Assembly (NCBI GenBank): GCA_964016885.1
Contig: OZ024745.1
Location: 110,794,001 to 110,858,000, forward strand
Length of the DNA stretch: 64,000 nt
Source: Eledone cirrhosa
Taxonomy: Eukaryota
Direction: 5' to 3'
The translations under genes and the position numbers were made by a program. The notes under the pieces were generated by a model. It was given only the letters and a program-made list of their open reading frames with translations. It searched no databases and was not told the DNA's origin. This document shows positions 55,237 through 64,000 of this stretch, one piece after another (position 1 is the stretch's first letter; every line of letters starts with the position of its first letter).

Positions 55237-58200
55237 ATGGGAGATTTGAAAATAACAAGTGCCCTTGTCCACCAGTACCCTTTCATATTATGTTTGATTA
55301 TGCCCTCTACAATGCTGTAAATTTAACTTTTTATATATAAACACACTTGTTCTATGGAACGGTTTCTATACTTAGGGGTTAATAGATATTGTCAATGGGA
55401 TACTACGTGACATTCAAAAGCAGTATGTGATTTATGAGTGTGTGTATATATATATATATATGCACATGCATATGGCAGTGAGAGAGTTGATATGCAAATT
55501 CACACTTCTATGTTATCAAACATATGGATATGTTTAAATAGTTTTCCATATCTATTAAATGATAAATTTATATTAAGCAAGTGTTAAACCAAACCAAGAA
55601 AATTACTCTTCTACCAAATTATATGCACATATATACATTCCTTCTTTTATGTGTAGGAATGTTCTCATCCTTCCATTACTTTTTTTTCCTCCCTCTTCAT
55701 GTCAACATAATAAGTTACAGCCATTCATAGGGTGTGGCTTTTCTTTTTCTTCACACCAGCCTTCTGTGGTCAATGATTGATGTGAATAGCTTACAGCCTT
55801 CTGCTTGTCATGTCCAATGTCCACACCAAACCATCACTTAGTCTCTGAAGTTTCCATGATACTAGCAACCTGTGTACATATACCCAGAGGGATCATTTTG
55901 TCTTTTAAGTCTACTGTCGAAATACTTGCTCTCAAAATTAATTTCATCATTCATAAATGCTTGCTGTTAATACCAATGGGATGCAATTGCCAGTGTAACA
56001 AGAAATAGATCATACTATTGATTTTGGACAGAATGTTCTGCTTTGGTCATTTAGAACAGCAACAAATTGAGTATTAGAACTGGATTGGCTGTAAAATCTT
56101 CTAAGAGCATTTCACTTCAAAATGCATTCCTTAGCCTGGCAATTCCTTTTGGAATTTATGTCCATTTCTAAATGACAATTTCAGTTTGAAATGCTTTGAA
56201 TGTAATAAGTGGCATTTATTGTTTCCTATTTCAAATTACCTAATGTACCAAGATATATGGTACTTTTTGATAGCATGATTATAGAGCATGCAAAATGACT
56301 GTTTGAAGTGCACACGCACTGTAATTGTATTTATCATCAAATAAATGCTAGTGAAATACTTCATTGTTTTCCTGATTCTTTTTCCTGTGTTTTATTTTCT
56401 CATATTACTTCTATTATATTTACTATTACATAATGATTTTACATAAATGAAATAAACATTTAAATAAAATAATTACTCAAAATTATATTTGTTAATTGAA
56501 ATCAAAATTAGTATTTTAATTATAATAAAAGGCAATGTAAAAAATAGTGTTTAGCAAATTATAAGTAAATTAACCCTAATTCAAAATAGCAATTTTTCAA
56601 AAATTTACTATTATTAAAATTTATTTATTTATTCTTCTCCTTACATGTATATTTTCGCAAATCTAAAATCAACTCTTCTTGATAACCAGCATAACCTACA
56701 AGTATATAAGCTGCCAAGATATTTATTGATATCATAGCTTTTATAGCCTACTAAACAAATATTTACTTCCATAATTTTCTTATAATTTAGATTAGGTTCC
56801 AAATCAAATCATAATCAATATATTTTTTTTATTAAAATAATTATTTTCTCATAGTTTGGCATATAATTATTTTTCTTTTGTGGAATTTAAAAATCTTTTA
56901 AATGATATCACACTTATTAGCTAGTTCAAAATTCTATTATCCTCTGTGATGTATTTTTTATTTTTGTTTTAGAATATTTCATTTATGTCATATAAATTAC
57001 AGTTATTTTCTATTTATATAATATTCTCAAATTCGTGGTGATAATGGTGAATGGGATTATGAATTTATATCCTATTATTGGTAGGTAATGTACATTTCAG
57101 CCATACTTTTGTCACTTGGATTGCTATGATCTTTCTTATACTTTAAAACTGAGTGATAGCAATTCTGGCATGTCAAACAATCCACCATCATCATAATATC
57201 CTATTAAGAAGCTTTTGAGGATGGCAGCTAAACCAAAACTGGGTTGTTGCTTGGACATTAAATATAAAGTCTGTAATAACAAAATTAAGGTATGTGTACC
57301 AAAGTATGAGGAATTAAAAAGCTATTTGGGTCCACAAGGCAGATGTCTCCTTTATTGACACAGCTCTGAAAGAGCCTCCACAATAGATATATGGTGACTG
57401 GTCATCATAAATATGGTAGGTTTCATTTAAATAATGACTTACTATATAATATTTTATTTAATCACTGACCAGGCTGTTAAGTATGTTATGCCTATTTCAA
57501 TAAGGTTGCCCCCTTTCCCATTCCTTATATACATGTTGGTCTCAATATATATATATATATGAGTGTGTGTGTGTGTGCATCATTTTAATTTTTCCACATG
57601 TTCAGATATTATTACTACAGATTTGAGTGTAGAATTAGAAGAGTGCTGGACAAAATATCTTGTGGTATTTAATCATCTCCCTTTATGTTTCAACTGCAGA
57701 TTTCACTGGGGCCAAAAAGTAGAATATGCACCTGTCATAATCTTCTCCTTAAATATGTGTGATCATTTGCCTCAGAGTTTAAATTAATGTTAGTCCATAA
57801 TAATATTAATAAGATATATATATATATATATAAGTTCCTCAGTATAAAAATTATGAAATAAATCTCAGATTAAAACAATTTTAGTACTCTTTTATTTATT
57901 TGTTCATTCATTACCGGCTTTTAAAAAAAATAGGATTGAAGTTATTTATCCTTCTCTGAAACTTCCAGCTACTCTTTGACTAGGTGTGAGGGAGAGAAAA
58001 GAGAAAAAATTCCTCTACTAATATATTGTGGAGTTGAAAGAGAGGTGTAAAAAAGATGAATTTATTTGTTATTTTTTTCCCTCCTTCTCCAAAGTGACTT
58101 GTATTTTTAGCCTAAGATTTTCTCATTGTTAACTTTTAGCAATACTACAATAACTCATTTAACTGTGGCATATGATCTCTATAAATCAGGTATCTCATTT

Positions 58201-59476
58201 GAAATTCAGGACCACGTCAGTTCTTATCAACTTTGGGCACCAATTGTGTTGTCTAAAGAAGTTATCTCCTTCACCTGGTCCACCTAACTACCTGCCAACC
58301 ATGAAGAATTACCTATCAATACACACTATCAGATTGAACCCAATGACAAATTTGTCTCTCTTTCTCTTGATCTATATTGGGCAATTTGTTTTTTTCTTTT
58401 CTTCATGTATTTTTGTTTCTGTTGTTTTCTGTTTCATTTTTTGTTATTTTTCTTGAGCTGTTTGTTACTTGGACAGTTCCCAACAGACATTTCAACCAGA
58501 TGCCAATGCATTCTTCAGAAAAGAATACTAACAATATTTTCTTGCAATTATAAATCACTTGTGTATATGTGCAGACTTGTTAGCTGATGTGAAAGCTATA
58601 TGGCAAGACAAGAGCAGGAGGCAAGGAAATAAGAAAAATTTTACTGATTTTATATGGTTAGCGTCAATCTAGAATATTCTAAAACCAATATCTGTTTTAT
58701 ATCTTATATAATCAGTACTAGAGGTTTATGGGTAGAGTGAACATAGTAAAGTTATTTGTCATCATTATTCATATGGCATTACTTGTTTTTTATTTTAACT
58801 TCATTTATTTAACTTTTTTTTGTCTTTTTATGCTTTGAAAAAAGTTTCGTTCTCAGATGTGTTTATTTTGAAGAAAAAAAAAAAGAAAAAAGACATTAAT
58901 TTTATTTATGGATAACACCAAATTTGTGAGACATTTCTCATTTTTCTCTAATAGAATATCACATGCTATGCTGCATTTTTTATTGCTTTCTTTTTAAAAT
59001 TATTTTATGGTTTCATAAGCTTAATCATGTTTTCTCCAAATGATTAGTGTTTACCTTTCCCCTATTCAAAGCACTTCAAGGTAAAATGTGACATGAGCCA
59101 AGCAAGTAAATGATACCATGTGTTTCTTTTTGGAAACAGATTTATTATTATTATTATTTGTTTGTGTGTGTGTGAGAAAGAGAGCCTGTGTCTCTGAGCA
59201 TGTGTGCGTGTTTTACTTTTACACTCTTTATTGCTAAGAAATTTTTCACTTCTGTTCCTCACTTTTGCATATATTATTTTAGAATAAATTTTGACTGATA
59301 TAAACTGCATCCTTAAGGTAAAGGGAAAATGTTATGCTAGATAGGGTTTTTAAGCAATTTAATAACATAAAAATAAGCACCAATGAACACATAAATTCAG
59401 TTTCTAAAGAGACTAAATTCTCTTCCTCTGAATTTGTAAAGAAATTGTATGATTTTAATGTGTATTTGTGTGCATG

Positions 59477-59520
<44 letters not shown>

Positions 59521-60620
59521 CGTACATATATATATATATATATAGCCTTGGCAAAGCAAATAGGGAGAACCAAAACTCAATACATGGGGAGAGCGATGTA
59601 TAATTTATTTTACTGCAGTTGTAATACTCCTGGCCCCCGAACCACTAGATTAGTTAAAACAAGGCATGTGAATGGTACAGTGTGTTCTCAGAATATTTAC
59701 ATGTTTACAAGGGATAAAAGAAATGCTAATTTCCCTATATTGAACCATTTAAAATATTTACCCAAAATACTACTGTTGGTCACCAAAAAGTACTGGTAAT
59801 GTTCATTTTTAGAACAGGTAGATATTTTACTAGATAACCTCCTGGATTAACAAATAAATCTTCAAATAAGACATACTCAATGCTCTGATGCAATCCAATA
59901 TTCTATTTAGTCTATCACCCCCCTCCCCCCTTATTGGTGGCTTTAAATTTAAGTGCAACTAGTTTTATCAATTTGTCCAACAATTTCTACAGTTCATAAT
60001 ATAAACATACATGCACCACAAATTGAAATGTGATCCTATGTATCCATGGATATACTGTCAACTGCTTTTAGTTCAAGAAATTATTGGATAATTTTCTATT
60101 TAGTCTATAAAGAGCAGTAACTTCTATAAAACGGATTCATTAGAAACTGTGCATGTATGAATAAAAGGTTTGGATCTGTCTTTTCTTGAATAGTATCTGA
60201 AACCAGTCTTTGCCTGATAAGTAAAATTAAATGGAAATGTTCATGAAAGAGCTAGAAATCAAACACACCATAGTGGTGTGATAGTCAGTAAATATATTTC
60301 ATTTATTAGTTTATGAGCTTTTTAGAAACTTATATAATTTCCATGAGGCTCATAAACCAATAAACCTTAGTTCATATTTAATTACCTACATTTGGCAATG
60401 CAATAAAAACAGTGAATCTCCAGAGATCTGTTGATATTGAATAAGAGTTCCTTGAAGTCTGAAATGTTTTTTTAATTAGAAAATCAATAGTTACCTGAAT
60501 ACATCCATTGATAATTTGGAATTTCATTACAGGGGGACAACAGCTTTTGAATAGTTAAGGAAATTAATCCAATACCAATTTGTCACTAAATGACTTACTT
60601 TATTTTATTCAAATGCATGA

Positions 60621-60964
60621 TTAACACTTGTATTACCATGTTTATGTGGTTTTTAAATAATTTTGAAATTAATCGAGAATTTGGAAGGCTTTACTTTCTC
60701 ATTAGTGTCTGAAGCATAACTCAAAATGTTCTTAGATAAAATTATGATGGCAAGTATTTGAAAAATTTTGAAAATAATCAAGAACTTAAGTGGTTTTATT
60801 GAGTAATGCAACTGATTTTCTCATTATTAAACTGGTGTTTGAAGCATAACTTAGAAGATTATTACATAAAATTAAAATGGAAGGTTTTTAGATAAATAGG
60901 AATACTTTACAACAAGTTTTGTATTGTAGACACAACAATAGTTTCAGGCTATCAAGGAGGTTGA
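60621..60964 (+). mobile_element. Degenerate MITE family A with an internal duplication of about 120 bp
   Basis: ctcatt...tgaagcataact...ataaaatta..atgg occurs twice (about 60698 and 60819). Confidence 0.6.
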
Positions 60965-61261
60965 ATATGTTTCAAAAATGCATACCCATAGGCATATTGA
61001 GATAATAGATTTTCTGATTTTTTATTAATTCCCATTTTATTATAGATATTATTCATTCAATAATTTGTATCTAAGATTTAATGAAGCTTGTTATTTATCA
61101 CTTTTTTTGTGAAGTTTAGATATGCCATATTTCAGATTTTTTGTTTTTATTCCTCCCAGAGTTAAGTTTATATAATGCATATTAGAAAGAACCAAAATGG
61201 TCAAATTGGCTTGTTCTTAATTCAAATACACTTCTTTACACTACACTTAATTCTACATGGC

Positions 61262-62973
61262 CGAGTTCACCTATTTATCAGGAAAAGGCACTATCCAAGT
61301 GAAGATTTATATTTCCTCAACTCACCACCTCTGACATCGGATTCTATTACAACTATGGAATTTACACCTGCAATGCTGCGACGTCACCTTAAAAATAAAT
61401 GCAACCATGCCTCTCCTGGTCTTGATGGTGTTACGTACCTGCTTCTCAAATGTGGTGGGTACTTCCTTCTGCACCAGCTATCACGCTTCTTCCAATTCTG
61501 TCTGAACAACGGTGCTACTCCAGAACAGTGGAAAACTGCCAGTGTCATTCCTCTGTTCAAAAAGGGTGACCGCACATCACCTGTGAACTATCGTCCAGTC
61601 AGTCTTACTAGCTTCATTGCCAAACTGAAGGAATCTTGTGTCAGAGAAACGCTTTGGAACTTCTGGAACTCTCACAGTCTTATGCGGCTCTCGCAATTTG
61701 GATTTATCCATAACTCCAGCTGCTGTGATCAACTTATCGAGTTTCTTGAAGACATCACCCGGATCACTGATGGCGGCTCATGGGTGGATGTTGTTTACCT
61801 TGACTTTGCTAAAGCTTTCAATTCTGTGCCACACAAAAGACTTCTGGCAAAACTCTCTGCAATGGGTGTGAAAGATGATCTTTTAACTGGTTGAAGTCCT
61901 TCATTCTCAGTCGAAGAGAGGTAGTCACGGTTCTAGGACAGCATTCCTCACCATATGAGATGTCATCTGGTATACCACAGGGATCTGTTCTTGGCCCCCT
62001 TTTGTTTGTGGCATATATTAATGACATAGATGCCAACTTAAAGAATGCCACAGTACTGAAATATGCAGATGACATCAAGCTGTACCTTGAGATAAAAGGA
62101 CAGATCCTGAACACTATAGATCTTGCCTACAATCTGACCAGGACACAATGCAACAATGGATCACTGACTGGCAACTCAGGCTAGCTGTGGACAAGTGTAC
62201 CATCATGCATTTTGGGAGTAAAAACCCAGCGTCCACATATTCCCTCCACAACACTAATATCAAGAAGTCTTCTTGTGAACGTGACCTGGGCATTACGGTC
62301 AGCAGCGATTTGCGTTGGACGAAGCACGTCTCTAAAATTGTCAAGAAGGCCGAGGGTGTCTTAGCATCACTCAGCAAGACCTTTGTCAGCCGCTCTCCAG
62401 CTATCTATTTAAAGCTATGGTGCGGCCACAGTCTGGAACCCCTATCTTGCTGAGAACATTGACTGCCTGGAAACTGTTCAGAGACGTGCAACCAAGCAAA
62501 TACCCTCCATCAGGCATCTACCATACTCTGAACGTCTTGCTTCCCTAGGCATGGATACATTGAAGCTCCGACGTCTGGCAACTGACTTGGTAAACACCCA
62601 CAAAATTATTAACCATCTTGCCAACAACAACCCTGAGTACCTTTTTGATTTCCATGTGTCTAACACAAAGTAAGTATGCCCACAAAGTAAGAAACAGCAC
62701 AGCTCCCATGACTTTCGGAAACATTTTTTCACGCTCAGAGTTGCTGAAGCTGTCGAGACACTGCATCCTTTAAAACCTCCATGCTTCCTGAGATTTGCCA
62801 ACACTACACCTAATATTCCCCCTCCATACACATACACACATGTATATCATGACTCATACACTATTCACTTCCCTGACATTTGTATATTATTCTATGTACT
62901 ATACATGCACCTTTGATGAGTTGTAGTGCACCTGAGCACTGTACACAATAATTTCATTATTATTATTATTATT
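61262..62973 (+). mobile_element. 5'-truncated, frameshifted CR1-like LINE: reverse transcriptase pseudogene, 3' UTR and (ATT)n tail
   Basis: ORF fragments contain SPGLDG, WKTASVIPLFKKG, NYRPVSLTS, QFGF, YLDFAKAFNSVPH, GIPQGSVLGPLLF..YIND, KYADDIKLY, ERDLGI, LETVQRRATK and FRKHFFTLRV. Frameshifts occur near 61890, 62100 and 62420. The 5' boundary is approximate. Confidence 0.93.
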
Positions 62974-64000
62974 CATGATAAGAAACTTGAACTAACGAAT
63001 ATATGATTAAAATAATGATGGAATGAAGAAACTGATTTGGAGAAAGAACATTTAGATTACCAGTTTTACTATTCTTTCTATACTTATATATATATTGTAT
63101 TGTACAGTGTTTTGTACTTATATTAAGTATCTTGGAAAAATTGTTTTCCTAAGGCTATTACCATAATGTTTCTTGTTTCATGTAATTAGTTCTCACATTG
63201 AAGCTTTTGTAGTGCTTCCCACTCCTACAAAGTTGCTTGCCTTGTATCTAAATTAAAAACCATCAACTTGTTAACATGCAATGCTGAGTTCAAGTCCTAC
63301 TATGAGCCAGAAAAAAAAAATCACTCCCAAAAGCAGAAGCACATAGCAGTGTATTCTTCTCCTCTGAACTCAATAGATCTCCATTGATAGATTTGCTTGA
63401 GACAAAGAAACATTTTCCTTTATACATATCATGAAGCTATATATATATATGTGTGTGTATGTATGTATATAATATATGTATATAGATAGATAGATAGATA
63501 TAGATATATATGCATTATTTTTTTCAAATTTTTAAATGATATATACAATATTATTATTAATTCTTTAAAAACTTAATTTGGTAAATTTATTCTCTTTGAT
63601 AGCTAATCATATACTGATAGTCTAAGTAAAAAAACAAACAAAAAAAAAACAGGTATGTTATAGCATTTGCGTTCATTTTATAACCACATTGACCAACAAA
63701 TATATATTCCATAAACATTCATGTTGATAATCTTTTTAGAATCACTTTGACGGTTTTGTACTCTTGCCATGTCAGTTTTACTAGGAAAACTTATTTTTAT
63801 TTCACAAGTAATTATTACGACCTGTGCATTCAAATGTGTGAGCATTTGTGTGTGTGTGTGTGTATTTTAGTGTATATGTATATGTGTTTCTGTGTGTATG
63901 TAGGTGTTGTTTATTGACTTCACTTCACTCAGAAGAGGCATTACCATAAATTCTTCATTTTTCATTGCCTACATCTCTAAATATATTATCTCATAAACTA

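Overview
AT-rich, microsatellite-dense metazoan DNA. The SINE, MITE and (TA/TG)n repertoire points to an octopus (coleoid cephalopod); this is an inference. The only host coding sequence I can support is one 103-nt internal exon (25502-25604, +) that the ORF track missed. It encodes [34 protein letters not shown], the conserved N-terminal Cys/His domain of basonuclin (BNC2-like). I saw no neighbouring basonuclin exon with certainty, so most of the window is probably very large intronic sequence. The rest is transposon debris: a 5'-truncated frameshifted CR1-like LINE, RTE and R4/Dong-type LINE fragments, several tRNA-derived SINE families, TTAA-flanked piggyBac-type MITEs (some nested), tandem duplications and long palindromes. 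The most unusual signal is a family of short (TA)n-associated elements resembling Penelope-like pLTRs. They carry partial hammerhead ribozyme cores and fold-back inversions, one centred exactly on the predicted ribozyme stem II. Nearly all other ORFs in the track are microsatellite or repeat artefacts. All alignments were done by eye and repeat boundaries are approximate.
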